From assembly GCA_031414775.1 (NCBI GenBank), contig JANOQI010000024.1:64001-128000 (forward strand): 64,000 nt of DNA, read 5' to 3'. Both the position numbers and the translations under genes were made by a program. The notes under the pieces are model-generated. The model was not told the DNA's origin and did no database searches. It was given only the letters and a program-made list of their open reading frames with translations. This stretch comes from Synechococcales cyanobacterium VAR_4_metabat_354 (GTDB taxonomy: Bacteria > Cyanobacteriota > Cyanobacteriia > Cyanobacteriales > Chamaesiphonaceae). Each line of letters starts with the position of its first letter. The stretch's first letter is position 1. Below, piece after piece: positions 20,406 through 31,350 of this stretch.

Positions 20406-21746
20406 ATGCAACCACTCAAAGCACTAACACTTCGTCAGAATTTTTCATGGACTTTTGCTGGCAATATGGTTTACGCCGCCGCCCAGTGGGGAATGCTAGT
20501 AGTGCTGGCCAAACTGGGTAGCCCCGAAATGGTAGGGCAATTTACCCTGGGACTAGCCGTAACAGCGCCAATAATACTATTTGGCAACCTTCAGTTACGA
20601 CAGATTCAAGTGACAGATGTTAACCAAAAGTATTCATTTGGGGATTATCTAGGTCTGAGATTGATCTGCATCGCTCTGTCATTGTTAGCGATCGCTGTCA
20701 TTACTTTTACTGCTCATTACTCTCAGCAAACGTCGCTAATTATCTTAGTTATTGGTTTATCAAAAGCGGTGGAATCGATTAGTGATATATTTCACGGGCT
20801 ATTTCAATATAATGAGCGCATGGATCGCATCGCTTTTTCTTTGATCATTAAAGGATTGCTGTCACTACTAGCCCTGGCAGTAGGTGTATATGTGAGTGGA
20901 ACTGCTTTAGGAGGGGCGATTGGACTAGTAACTGTTTGGCTGCTAGTTTTGATATTTTATGATATTCCCAGCAGTTTTTTGATATTGAGAGCTGTACCTC
21001 TGGCCGAAAATATCCCGGCACAAGAAGTATCTAACCAAAGTTCTACATCCAGAATTTTACAGTTGCAGCCCAGGTTTAACCTTACAGATCTGCGTAGCTT
21101 AGTTACATTATCTTTGCCTTTGGGTTTTGTGATGATGCTAATTTCTCTCAATGCAAATATTCCTCGATATTTTATCGAACATCATCTCGGTGTGCGCGAA
21201 CTGGGGATTTTTTCTGCTTTATCGTATCTAATAGTTGCAGGTGGGATTGTGGTAAGTGCGCTGGGACAATCGGCTAGTCCAAGGTTAGCTAAATATTATG
21301 CCGCAGGCAACCGAAAAGACTTTCAAAGTCTTTTACTAAAGCTATTTTTAATTGGTACATTTTTAGGTGGAGTTGCCGTCTTGATGGCGGCGATTGCTGG
21401 TAAAGAAATTCTCACTATTTTGTATCGTCCCGAATACGCTCAACAAGTATATTTATTCATTTTGTTAATGGTAGCAGCAGGGATTGGATATGTTGCCTCA
21501 TTCTTAGGCTATGCCATGACAGCTGCACAATATTTTCAGGTTCAAATGCCGCTATTTACAGTAGTTACTGGCATTTCAGCATTAGTCTGCCTCTGGCTAA
21601 TTCCCAGCAAAGGACTTATTGGAGCTGCAATTGCATTAATCATTGGTGCCGTTGTCCAAGCCATATTTAGTTTAGGAGTTATTTTTTATGCCTTACAAAA
21701 ACTTGACAAATCTACCAGCCTCAGCAGACCCGACCCCTTTAAGTAA
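20406..21746 (+). CDS. wzx: Wzx-type oligosaccharide flippase
   Basis: About 12 TM helices, MOP-family N-terminus NFSWTFAGNMVYAAAQW, located in a polysaccharide cluster. Confidence 0.85.
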   Translation: MQPLKALTLRQNFSWTFAGNMVYAAAQWGMLVVLAKLGSPEMVGQFTLGLAVTAPIILFGNLQLRQIQVTDVNQKYSFGDYLGLRLICIALSLLAIAVITFTAHYSQQTSLIILVIGLSKAVESISDIFHGLFQYNERMDRIAFSLIIKGLLSLLALAVGVYVSGTALGGAIGLVTVWLLVLIFYDIPSSFLILRAVPLAENIPAQEVSNQSSTSRILQLQPRFNLTDLRSLVTLSLPLGFVMMLISLNANIPRYFIEHHLGVRELGIFSALSYLIVAGGIVVSALGQSASPRLAKYYAAGNRKDFQSLLLKLFLIGTFLGGVAVLMAAIAGKEILTILYRPEYAQQVYLFILLMVAAGIGYVASFLGYAMTAAQYFQVQMPLFTVVTGISALVCLWLIPSKGLIGAAIALIIGAVVQAIFSLGVIFYALQKLDKSTSLSRPDPFK

Positions 21747-22899
21747 ACCAATCCGTATTTTGCATGTCGTAGGCGGGATGGATCGAGGTGGAGCTGAAAC
21801 TTGGCTGATGCACATTCTTCGGCATATCGATCGACAACAGTTTCAGATGGATTTTTTGGTGCATTCAGATCAAAACTATGCTTATAAAGATGAACTTAAA
21901 GCTCTTGGTAGCCAAATTTTTACATGCTTAGAACCATCTCGACCTTGGCTTTATGCCTCTAATTTTAAAAAAATATTAATAGAGCATGGCCCCTACGATA
22001 TGGTGCATACTCATCTTCATCACTATAGTGCTTATGTTCTTTATTTAGCAAAACAAGCAGGTATCAAATCGCGAATTATTCATAGCCATATTGATACTTC
22101 TTCGATCGAATCGAAGGCCAACTGGCAGAGACAAATCTACACGGCTCTGACCAAATGGTCGATCAATAAAAACGCAACAGTTGGTATTGCAGCTAGCCAA
22201 ATGGCGGCCACAGATTTGCTCGGTTCACTATGGGAAGATGACTCTCGTTGGCAAATGCTCTACTACGGAATTGATTTAGCACCTTTTGACCATACTGACG
22301 AAGACACTGATATTCGAGCTGAATTTGGTATTCCTATAGATGCTTTTGTCGTTGGTCATGTTGGCAGATTCGAGACCCAAAAAAACCATCATTTTTTGAT
22401 AGAAATTGCTGCTGAGATTGCTAAGCGAGAACCAAAGATGCGTCTACTATTACTGGGGGTCGGCTCTCTCCGGGCAGAGATAGAAGAAAAAGCTACCCAG
22501 ATGGGTTTGGCCGACCAAGTTATTTTTGCAGGCTCCCGTCCTGATGTCCCGCGTCTAATGAAGGGAATTATGGATGTATTTTTATTCCCATCTTGCTATG
22601 AAGGGCTAGGCATAGTACTGGTGGAAGCACAGGCAGCTGGTCTAACTTGTGTTTTTTCAGATGTTGTCCCTATAGAAGCCGATTTAGTGAAACCTTTGGT
22701 GCAAAGAATACCTCTAACAAAATCAGCCTCTTACTGGTCTGAAGCTGTCTTGGCTACCCGAAATGAGCAGCCACCAGTTCCAAAATCTGATGCTTTAGAC
22801 AAAGTGTCACAAAGTGCCTTCAACATTAAGGTAAGTGTAGAAGAGCTGACAAAATTCTATTATAAAGCTATCAATGCCTTACAAAATAGCGATAACTGA
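21688..22899 (+). CDS. Glycosyltransferase GT4 (EpsF/CapH-like)
   Basis: RILHVVGGMDRGGAE, HVGRF..QKNH, FPSCYEGLGIVLVEAQ. Confidence 0.88.
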   Translation: MPYKNLTNLPASADPTPLSKPIRILHVVGGMDRGGAETWLMHILRHIDRQQFQMDFLVHSDQNYAYKDELKALGSQIFTCLEPSRPWLYASNFKKILIEHGPYDMVHTHLHHYSAYVLYLAKQAGIKSRIIHSHIDTSSIESKANWQRQIYTALTKWSINKNATVGIAASQMAATDLLGSLWEDDSRWQMLYYGIDLAPFDHTDEDTDIRAEFGIPIDAFVVGHVGRFETQKNHHFLIEIAAEIAKREPKMRLLLLGVGSLRAEIEEKATQMGLADQVIFAGSRPDVPRLMKGIMDVFLFPSCYEGLGIVLVEAQAAGLTCVFSDVVPIEADLVKPLVQRIPLTKSASYWSEAVLATRNEQPPVPKSDALDKVSQSAFNIKVSVEELTKFYYKAINALQNSDN

Positions 22900-22924
22900 A
22901 ATTCATTTAAGTATAGACGTTATT

Positions 22925-24070
22925 TTAGCGATTAAGAGCTTCTGTATATAGCTTTGTATGCAAGTCTAGAATATTATTAATGTCGTAGTCAGACATACGC
23001 TTTCGACCCCGTTCACCCATTATCTTTGCTTCTGAAGTATGCTCTATAATCCAAACCATTGCATCAGATAGAGCCTGAATATCACCGACCTTCACCAACA
23101 GACCGCATTCATCTGCTAATAAATCACTAATTCCTCGAATTGCTGTCCCAATGACTGGTGTTTCTAAGCACAATGCTTCCATAATACTTCTGGGCAAACC
23201 CTCACGTTTGGAAGTCAGTAGAACTGCTGTTGATGAACAAATCAAGGTGGGAATGTCGCTACGATATCCCAAGAAGTGCACTTGACTTTTCACACCCAAC
23301 TCATCAATTAATTGCTTGATTTCATCTACAAATGCTGGTAGACCCTCTCCTGCAAAAGCCAGATGTACGTCAGTTCGCTTCAACTGAGCCAGTGCCTGAA
23401 CCATATCTTTATGGCGTTTATTGGGAGTGAATTCCGCTACAGCTAACAATAGTGGATCGGCTAGTGATATTCCAATTTCTTGGCGTACTCGATCGATATC
23501 TGTCTTGCTAACTTGCTGTCGATTGTAATTGTTAATATCAACTCCAATCCCTGGCATATAACGAATTCGTTCCGGTGGCAGAAAACGGTATTGATTAGCA
23601 GCTTTCTCATCTTCATGGTTAATAACTATCAGATAATCTGTCCAAGCACCGGCCAGTTTTTCCATTGTCCTAAAAACATTATTTGTTAAAGGATTTCCAC
23701 CTACATGGAAATGGAAACCATGGGCAGTATATATTACTTTTACTTTGCTACTTTTTCTCAAATTATTCAAAGAATATCGAGTAACCAAAGCTGCCACTGG
23801 TGTGTGGACATGGACTATGTCATATTGTCCTTGTTCTACAATGCGACGGATTGTATTAGGTGCCCACAGAAAATTCCTAGGATCAAGAGGGTTTCGAGAT
23901 AGATCAACATCCCAAACATTATCAAATATCTTCAAACATTGAGAATCTTCTGAAATACCACAAGCCATGCCATCAACTAACCAGCCTTGTGAACGGAAGT
24001 GTTTAATAAAAGGAAACAAAAAGCTTCTTAAAGTAACCGGAACCGTTGTAACCATCAAAATTTTTTTCAT
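22925..24070 (-). CDS. Glycosyltransferase GT4 (EpsD/CapM-like)
   Basis: VHVHTP, YTAHGFHF, SKREGLPRSIMEA. Confidence 0.88.
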   Translation of the reverse strand: MKKILMVTTVPVTLRSFLFPFIKHFRSQGWLVDGMACGISEDSQCLKIFDNVWDVDLSRNPLDPRNFLWAPNTIRRIVEQGQYDIVHVHTPVAALVTRYSLNNLRKSSKVKVIYTAHGFHFHVGGNPLTNNVFRTMEKLAGAWTDYLIVINHEDEKAANQYRFLPPERIRYMPGIGVDINNYNRQQVSKTDIDRVRQEIGISLADPLLLAVAEFTPNKRHKDMVQALAQLKRTDVHLAFAGEGLPAFVDEIKQLIDELGVKSQVHFLGYRSDIPTLICSSTAVLLTSKREGLPRSIMEALCLETPVIGTAIRGISDLLADECGLLVKVGDIQALSDAMVWIIEHTSEAKIMGERGRKRMSDYDINNILDLHTKLYTEALNR

Positions 24071-24079
24071 TTATTTACT

Positions 24080-25030
24080 TCACGCCAGTGGATATGCGGT
24101 TTGTAATAACTCGGCCAGACCGTCTCGCATACTGACAGTGGGTGACCAGCCTAAAGATTGTATAGCTGAGATATCAGCTAAACTATGACGAATGTCTCCG
24201 GAACGAAAGGGTTGATGAGTCGATTTTAAATTAGTGCCGGTTAAATCATTCAATAGATCAACAATTTCTAGCAAAGAGGTAGCACTTCCTCGACCAACAT
24301 TAAATGTTCGACCCGAAGCTTCAGGATGTTCCATCGCTAACAGATTAGCCTGAACTACATCCGAAACATGTATGAAGTCACGGGTTTGAGAGCCATCACC
24401 ATAAATAGTGGGGGCAATTTTTTGATGAAGTCGATCGCCAAAAATTGAAATCACGCCAGAGTATGGATTAGAAGGGTCTTGGCGGGAACCAAAAACATTG
24501 AAATATCGCAAACAAACAAATTCCACTCCAAAAGTGTTTGCATAGCAGTGTCCCATCAGTTCAGAAGCTAACTTATCTATCCCATAGGGAGTAATTGGCC
24601 TAGTCGGCATAGCCTCTTGTTTCGGCAAAGTTGGTTCATCACCATAAACAGCCGCACTGCCCGCAAACAATACCCGTTGTACTCCTGTTTGGCGAGCAGC
24701 TTCTAAGATGTTTAGGGTGCCGCCATAGTTTACTTTTCCGGTACCGATCGGATCAGCCACAGATTTTGGCACACTAGCAATAGCAGCTTCATGAAAGACA
24801 TTACTACAGCCTTGCGTTGCTTCTAGCACAGTCGGCCAGTCTGCAATATCACCGACTAATACTTCTACAAATTGGGGATCAAAAGCAGCAATATTTTCTA
24901 ATTTACCAGTCGAAAGATTATCTAAAATACGAACTTGCTCACCTCTTTTTACCAAGGATTCCACAATATGTGAACCAATAAATCCACATCCCCCAGTTAC
25001 CAGCACCTTCCTTTGATTTGGAATTGTCAT
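24080..25030 (-). CDS. NDP-sugar 4-epimerase (WbpP/WbgU-like extended SDR)
   Basis: TGGCGFIG, FHEAAIASVP, YGIDK, LRYFNVFG, YSGVISIF, GDIRHS. Confidence 0.88.
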   Translation of the reverse strand: MTIPNQRKVLVTGGCGFIGSHIVESLVKRGEQVRILDNLSTGKLENIAAFDPQFVEVLVGDIADWPTVLEATQGCSNVFHEAAIASVPKSVADPIGTGKVNYGGTLNILEAARQTGVQRVLFAGSAAVYGDEPTLPKQEAMPTRPITPYGIDKLASELMGHCYANTFGVEFVCLRYFNVFGSRQDPSNPYSGVISIFGDRLHQKIAPTIYGDGSQTRDFIHVSDVVQANLLAMEHPEASGRTFNVGRGSATSLLEIVDLLNDLTGTNLKSTHQPFRSGDIRHSLADISAIQSLGWSPTVSMRDGLAELLQTAYPLA

Positions 25031-25167
25031 TGTTTATCCATCCTAAAAAATTGACTTCTCTCATAATAAATACCAATAGGAACCAGTTCATAATTCACCA
25101 AAGTGTTTTCAACCCAATGAGTTATGACCTGGTTTCAACTATTCAATATATGAATTTTGGTAGTCAA

Positions 25168-26724
25168 TTAATTATTGGCTTCCACCATGACGCTTCTTAA
25201 CAAAGAGTTATAGCCAGAAGAAGCTTCCCACGTGTCTTTATTCGCCAGCTGAATAGAATATTCAGGACGATTTTTTAACTTGGGAGCCGGATCAGGCAAA
25301 TTTACCAGCACATCATACTCACCAGTAGCTAAATTGGCGGGTAGCCGTTGCTGAACTTTGATAGTTTGTGTTTCTTTAGCCTGCCAAAAACGGGGATCAT
25401 TCGATAGCCCTAAGCGAGTAATTGCACCGCTTTTGCGATTACGTAGAATTATTTCTAGCTTCCGAGGATTATAAGGGGAAGCCCAACCATCATTAGTAAT
25501 CTTGAAGCTCATTAGTAACTGGCCACCAGCTTTTACCTTACGGGGGAGGGCAGATTCTAGTAACCGGAAACGGTATCCAAAAGTTTTGGCAATTGTTTCA
25601 TAGCAGCCATCCTTACGCCAGCGTTTATAAGAAGAAGTGGGAGATGCTACGTTAAAACCACCGTTGATGGTACTCCAGCGCATCTGGCTAAAGATTTTCA
25701 GTGCGCGTGGACAGCTCTCATAGTTATTGATATAGCCATCACCGTCTTCATCTACTGTAACGGGCTTGGTCGGAATATCCCCTGGCTCACCACTCTGGAC
25801 TACATAACGATTTTCCTGGTTGAGAAAGTTTTTGATCTCTTTTTCGTTTTTGCGGGGACTCCAGAAGGTACTGGCGTTCCACTCGCCGCAGATCGAGCAA
25901 TCATCATTGTGAGCCCAGCGGGCTTTTTTACTGCCGCTAAAAGCTTCGGATGCTTTAATCGGAGCAATTGGTTTCCAGTCTTTGGAGCCAAAATAATCAA
26001 ACTTATACCGGGGATAGCGCACCGTTACCATTCTCTCTTTTGGCAAAACTTCAAATATTTTGTTCATAATCAGCCGTGAATTATTATTCATCACCGCTTG
26101 GCCTTCTTTATCTGTTCCTATCAAATTATTGCTAGAGGTGTGCATTTCTCCCCAGCAACCAATAAATCCAGCATCCATAAAGGCAATGACATCTACATTT
26201 TTGCGGAACACTGGTTTTAACTGATCAAGATGCATCAGTACTTTATCGATCGGAGCGTCTGGTCCCCCCATGGGCCAGTTGTAGGAAAAGCGAATCACGG
26301 ATTTGAGACCAGCTTTCCGGACAGTTTCAAAATCAGTATCTAGATGTTTTAAAAACTTAGGAGAGAGCGGTCGATTGCGAAAATCTGCAATGTGATAGCG
26401 CACCATCGCTAAAGATTCACCTTTCGTACGCTGTGCTTTCAGCAATTCTATATCAAGAGGTTTGTTCCAAGCGTTGTAATTATATTTCTTGGCACTTTCT
26501 GGCGAAGGATTGCAAAAACCCCAGGCAATTTTGAGATCGGCTGGCCAGGGAGCTTCATAATTAGTAGCAAAGCCCCGTTCTGGATTGGGAAAATTTTTGT
26601 CAGTAGGCTGATAGGTTGTAAGAACAGTTGAGGAATTTTTTGCACCAACTAATTGACTTTTATAACCTGTAACTAAGATAAAGGTAGATCCCACCGCCAA
26701 AAACAATCTAGGTAAATACTTCAT
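25168..26724 (-). CDS. Secreted DUF4874/DUF4832 domain protein (putative glycoside hydrolase)
   Basis: N-terminal signal-like peptide; NPERGF, GLKSVIRFSY, AGFIGCWGEMH, HNDDC, GYRFRL, N-GWASPYNPR, YSIQLAN. Confidence 0.7.
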   Translation of the reverse strand: MKYLPRLFLAVGSTFILVTGYKSQLVGAKNSSTVLTTYQPTDKNFPNPERGFATNYEAPWPADLKIAWGFCNPSPESAKKYNYNAWNKPLDIELLKAQRTKGESLAMVRYHIADFRNRPLSPKFLKHLDTDFETVRKAGLKSVIRFSYNWPMGGPDAPIDKVLMHLDQLKPVFRKNVDVIAFMDAGFIGCWGEMHTSSNNLIGTDKEGQAVMNNNSRLIMNKIFEVLPKERMVTVRYPRYKFDYFGSKDWKPIAPIKASEAFSGSKKARWAHNDDCSICGEWNASTFWSPRKNEKEIKNFLNQENRYVVQSGEPGDIPTKPVTVDEDGDGYINNYESCPRALKIFSQMRWSTINGGFNVASPTSSYKRWRKDGCYETIAKTFGYRFRLLESALPRKVKAGGQLLMSFKITNDGWASPYNPRKLEIILRNRKSGAITRLGLSNDPRFWQAKETQTIKVQQRLPANLATGEYDVLVNLPDPAPKLKNRPEYSIQLANKDTWEASSGYNSLLRSVMVEANN

Positions 26725-26800
26725 GGGTACTCAAGTGCTCTCTATTTTCGTACTGTCATTAATTATCACCGATTACTGTACTAAAGTTACTTCATTTACA

Positions 26801-27673
26801 CTACACATATGGGTCTTTGCCATTACATCTAGCCCAAATTTGATTCCATTGAAGTAGTTCTGATTCCTTCATATCAAAACCAACTCGATGCCGCAGCACT
26901 TTAAAACCCATACCTGAAGTAATAGCAATAGTTTCTACTAATGATTTTGCTAATTGCTCTAATGCCCCATAAGCAAACAAATAGTTCTTATCCATAAGTG
27001 CTTTTTTACCTAGAGTTATGCAGAGATGGTATCTGGCATTTAGAATTTTGTTTAATGACAAACATGCCACACGATATCCAAGTAGAATATCAGGAAGGCA
27101 GGCAAAGCTACTAGTCTGATAAGTGCGCAATAAGAAGTCGTAATCTTCCATTCGGATAGCATCTGGTCGATATTGATGTTTGTCAAACCAGTCTAATCTT
27201 CCCATCCATGTTGGATGGGCAATATTAAATACTGACCAAGGACTACGACATATTTCAGCATGAGTTTCTGATCTGGCAGAAACTCCGGTAGCCTGACCAT
27301 CTGCATCAATGCGAATAGTTGCAGTTCCAAGCAAGTCAATTTCAGGATGTTCTTCTAGATATGCTACTTGAAGTTGCAAACGCTCTGGATAGGAAATATC
27401 ATCACCATCCATGCGGGCAAAATATTTACCGCTGCTGAGAGCGATCGCTTGATTTAAACGACTCGGAAGTTGCTGGTTTAGACCGTCCGAAATAATCTTA
27501 ATACGATCATCTTGAAAACTCTTTGCTATCTCTAATGTGTCATCTTTAGAACCATCATCGATTAAAATAAGCTCCCAATTATGATAAGTTTGGTTTAGAA
27601 TAGATTGAACTGATGACTTCAGGGTTTTTTCACAATTAAATACGGGCATTCCAATACTAACAAGCGGCTGCAT
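26801..27673 (-). CDS. Glycosyltransferase GT2
   Basis: VSIGMPVFN, LIDDGSKD, ARMDGDD, EDYD. Confidence 0.9.
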   Translation of the reverse strand: MQPLVSIGMPVFNCEKTLKSSVQSILNQTYHNWELILIDDGSKDDTLEIAKSFQDDRIKIISDGLNQQLPSRLNQAIALSSGKYFARMDGDDISYPERLQLQVAYLEEHPEIDLLGTATIRIDADGQATGVSARSETHAEICRSPWSVFNIAHPTWMGRLDWFDKHQYRPDAIRMEDYDFLLRTYQTSSFACLPDILLGYRVACLSLNKILNARYHLCITLGKKALMDKNYLFAYGALEQLAKSLVETIAITSGMGFKVLRHRVGFDMKESELLQWNQIWARCNGKDPYV

Positions 27674-27739
27674 AATATCTCCATATATATTTATCTTTGA
27701 CAAGTTGAGAAAATTCAAATAATACTTTTTAATTGATGT

Positions 27740-29014
27740 TTATGACCATTGTTTTATAGGTTCTTTGACAAAAAGTTTATGTAGTATGAATCCGACTAGT
27801 GCCATCGTACCGAACATCAGTAGAAGTGTAGAGGACTCATAACCGCAAATCCAAATACAAGCAAGCCTCGTAGGAATTAAGATTGATGGTACCCGCGCTG
27901 AAACTTTATCCAATAACCCCATGCCTACCCCATATATAACTAATAGCGGTACGGAAAATACAAAACCAACGTTTAGCAGCGATTCCTCTAGCACTCCTAC
28001 CCCAAATGCCCATAAAGTGTCTTCAACAGGAGTTTTTGCTATATCAGCAGTCAAAGTTTGTGACGTACTAGATCCTTTAAAAGGAACTACATTACGTGGA
28101 ATATAATAAAGTAAAGTATATATATAACCGGCCATTGGGTATGGCATAATTTTAGTCCCTAGAATTTCGGTTTTTTCCATTATCGATGCTAGAACATCAC
28201 CTCTATAAAAGTCGGTTTCAACGGTCTCAGCGACTAAGATTCCAATGGAAGCAGGGGATAGCTCTTGGCTATCAGCTTTTTGCCACTTGAAAAAAGGTAG
28301 CAAAGCGGAAGCTGTTATCAAAGCTACGGCCAAAAAGATAGCTATCTTTTTGGCGGATATTTTTTTCCTAAATAAAACCATGATCAGTATTGGCAGCAAC
28401 ATATTTGTTCGTTGACCAATACCTAATGTTGATAAGATAGTCGCTAATACTAACCCCCAAGATACTAATAGCCCCATCTTGGTATTGGAGTCAGATTGTC
28501 TACTATAAAAAGCTAAAAAATGTAAGGGTAGGTACAAAAGCAAAATTAGTGGTCCCCACTTTTGGCCAAGTCTTTCTCTTACTACCCAAATTGGATCATT
28601 TTGCATCATTTCACCTAAACCAGTAACAGCAAAATAAGCAGCAATAGATATTATTAAGAAATAGAATAATGGTTTAGCCGATTTTTTAAGCTGGGCATAG
28701 TTATTATTGGTATTGTAAGCATCTTCTTTGCTAGTAAAACTAGAACCCAAATGAAATAGCCACGGACCGATTGTGATAATAATGATCTCTAGAAACATTA
28801 CCCAGTAGTTTGTATTGAAAAATGGCATAAAAAATTCATTGCCGATGTATAAACCAGTGATTTCTAGTATTAAGCCTATGTCGTAGTAAAGAATAAAGGA
28901 AATAGCTGCAAAGTGGGCAGTTTTAGGCATTATTCCTTTTTGCAAATTCGATACAAAAGGTCTGGCAGCCATAAAGTGCGAGAACAATATACCTGTAACA
29001 ATTAGTACATTCAT
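27740..29014 (-). CDS. wzy: Wzy-like O-antigen/EPS polymerase
   Basis: About 10-11 TM helices with a large late loop, AT-rich, in a cluster with Wzx and glycosyltransferases. Confidence 0.65.
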   Translation of the reverse strand: MNVLIVTGILFSHFMAARPFVSNLQKGIMPKTAHFAAISFILYYDIGLILEITGLYIGNEFFMPFFNTNYWVMFLEIIIITIGPWLFHLGSSFTSKEDAYNTNNNYAQLKKSAKPLFYFLIISIAAYFAVTGLGEMMQNDPIWVVRERLGQKWGPLILLLYLPLHFLAFYSRQSDSNTKMGLLVSWGLVLATILSTLGIGQRTNMLLPILIMVLFRKKISAKKIAIFLAVALITASALLPFFKWQKADSQELSPASIGILVAETVETDFYRGDVLASIMEKTEILGTKIMPYPMAGYIYTLLYYIPRNVVPFKGSSTSQTLTADIAKTPVEDTLWAFGVGVLEESLLNVGFVFSVPLLVIYGVGMGLLDKVSARVPSILIPTRLACIWICGYESSTLLLMFGTMALVGFILHKLFVKEPIKQWS

Positions 29015-29145
29015 GAATGTTTCACCATATTTATTAAGGCTGCTGTGTGCACAAAACCACTAAGACTTGTAGTTCTCATCTAAGCAATGTACCCACCAGT
29101 CAATTAAAGATTTACTCAAATTATTAAAAATTGTGAATATCTGCA

Positions 29146-29757
29146 TCAGGAAATGATGTTATTACCAGCCTTGATATATGGCAACCTAGCGGCAGTGGCC
29201 TTAATTTGCTCTTGATTACTAACTAGCAAACCACAGACATCCCAGTCACCAGTTAAAAAGCTTTGGCGCAGTTGAGATGGCAGATCAACAGCAGCCGTGA
29301 TTTGACCGCATTGTACTTTTTGATTTTCTAGATCGATCGATACCACCACTGTTGGATCATTAGTAATAGCAGATTGCAGCTGGGCAATAATTTCGGGAGC
29401 CGCCGTGACACAGGGTAAGCCGATCGCCTGACAATTGGCAAAAAAGATGGCTGAAAAACTTTCACCAATAATCGCCTGTATCCCCCAGCGCAGGATACCT
29501 TGGGGGGCGTGTTCCCGACTGGAACCGCAGCCAAAATTCTTGTTAACTATTAGCACTTTGGCTGATTGATAGACAGGCAACTCAAAAGGATGTTGACCAA
29601 CCAGTGCTTGTCGATCGTCCGTAAAAACGTGATCGCCCAGACCATCAAAAGTTACTGACTTCAAGAACCGGGCGGGCATAATGCGATCGGTATCAATATC
29701 ATTACCTACTAACGGCAAACCGCTGCCCACAATAGATTTAATCTGTTCGTTAGCCAT
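29146..29757 (-). CDS. leuD: 3-isopropylmalate dehydratase small subunit
   Basis: DIDTDRIMPARFLK, NFGCGSSREHAP. Confidence 0.95.
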   Translation of the reverse strand: MANEQIKSIVGSGLPLVGNDIDTDRIMPARFLKSVTFDGLGDHVFTDDRQALVGQHPFELPVYQSAKVLIVNKNFGCGSSREHAPQGILRWGIQAIIGESFSAIFFANCQAIGLPCVTAAPEIIAQLQSAITNDPTVVVSIDLENQKVQCGQITAAVDLPSQLRQSFLTGDWDVCGLLVSNQEQIKATAARLPYIKAGNNIIS

Positions 29758-29798
29758 TCTTGAAAACCAAAATAAAGGTGAAAGTAGCAAGACCCAAT

Positions 29799-31211
29799 TT
29801 AAACTTTTTCAATTAAATCGCGGACATCTGTAACCTGACCAGTGATCGCCGCCGCCACCACCATCGCCGGCGACATCAATAATGTCCGGCCAGACTTAGA
29901 ACCCTGACGGCCTTTAAAGTTGCGATTGGATGAAGAAGCGCTGACCTGACTGCCAACCAGCTGATCAGGATTCATTGCCAGACACATGGAGCAGCCCGCT
30001 TCGCGCCATTCAAAGCCAGCTGCGGTAAATATTTTGTCTAAGCCCTCCGCTTCAGCTTGCTTCTTGACCTGTTCTGATCCGGGCACGATCAGAGCAATAA
30101 CGCCGGGAGCTACCTGGTGGCCTTGCGCTACTTTGGCTGCTTCTCGTAAATCACTAATCCGGCCATTGGTGCAACTGCCGACAAAACAGACATCTACCTT
30201 GGTACCAGTGAGTAGTTGTCCTGGTCGCAAGTCCATGTACTGATAAGCTTCTTGGGCGCTGCCTCGCTCGGACTCAGGCAACTGTTCGAGCGTCGGAATA
30301 GTTTCATTGATGCCAATGCCCTGCCCCGGAGTAATGCCCCAGGTAACGGTGGGGGCAATGGTCGTGGCATCGATCGATACCACATCGTCATAAACCGCGT
30401 TGGCATCACTGCGTAAACTCTGCCACCAAGCTACTGATTTTTCCCAATCAGCGCTAGTGGGTGCAAATTCGCGGCCTTGCAAATAATCGTAAGTTATTTG
30501 GTCGGGGTTGAAATAGCCGCAGCGGGCACCGCCTTCGATCGCCATGTTGCAGACTGTCATCCGCTCTTCCATGTTCATCTGGTTGCAGGTGGTGCCAGCA
30601 AACTCGTAAGCGTAGCCATTCCCCCCGGAGACTCCCAGTTGGCGAATGATCTGGAGGACAACATCCTTGGCGTAGACTCCGGGCGGCAGCTGGCCATTGA
30701 CTTCGATCTTGCGCACCTTGAGCTTTTCCATGGCTAAGGATTGCGCCGCTAAGACATCTCGCACTTGACTGGTGCCAATACCAAAGGCGATCGCCCCAAA
30801 GGCTCCGTGGGTAGAGGTGTGACTGTCACCGCAGGCAATAGTCATCCCGGGTTGGGTTAAGCCCAACTCCGGGGCAATCACATGGACAATGCCTTGCTTT
30901 CCAGAACCCACATTATAGAAAAGAATACCTTGCTCAGCGGTGTTCTGCTCCAGGCGCTGCATCATTTCCTCCGCCAGGCGATCGGCAAAAGGTCGAGCCT
31001 GATTATCGGTAGGTACAATGTGATCGACGGTGGCCACGGTGCGATCGGGATACAAAACTTTCAAGCCCAATTCTTTCAACATGCCAAAAGCCTGCGGGCT
31101 AGTGACTTCATGGATGAGGTGCAAGCCGATGAATAGTTGGGTTTGACCAGAGCGCAAGGTACCCACACTATGCAAATCCCAGACCTTATCAAACAATGTC
31201 CCTTGGCTCAT
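29799..31211 (-). CDS. leuC: 3-isopropylmalate dehydratase large subunit
   Basis: [48 protein letters not shown]. Confidence 0.97.
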   Translation of the reverse strand: MSQGTLFDKVWDLHSVGTLRSGQTQLFIGLHLIHEVTSPQAFGMLKELGLKVLYPDRTVATVDHIVPTDNQARPFADRLAEEMMQRLEQNTAEQGILFYNVGSGKQGIVHVIAPELGLTQPGMTIACGDSHTSTHGAFGAIAFGIGTSQVRDVLAAQSLAMEKLKVRKIEVNGQLPPGVYAKDVVLQIIRQLGVSGGNGYAYEFAGTTCNQMNMEERMTVCNMAIEGGARCGYFNPDQITYDYLQGREFAPTSADWEKSVAWWQSLRSDANAVYDDVVSIDATTIAPTVTWGITPGQGIGINETIPTLEQLPESERGSAQEAYQYMDLRPGQLLTGTKVDVCFVGSCTNGRISDLREAAKVAQGHQVAPGVIALIVPGSEQVKKQAEAEGLDKIFTAAGFEWREAGCSMCLAMNPDQLVGSQVSASSSNRNFKGRQGSKSGRTLLMSPAMVVAAAITGQVTDVRDLIEKV

Positions 31212-31350
31212 GGTCTCTCTCTAACAGGTTGACTTAAATTGAATTAATCAGTATTGCCCATTCTAGCTATTTCTGGCACAAATCAATAGTCCCAGCAACA
31301 CACCGGAATATTGAGATAAAATCTAAATCCGAGACTGCACGAGAACTTCT

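Noticed and set aside
19435..29014. Very recent foreign island
   Set aside because: AT-richer, but CGATCG sites remain frequent and there are no flanking repeats, tRNA or mobility genes
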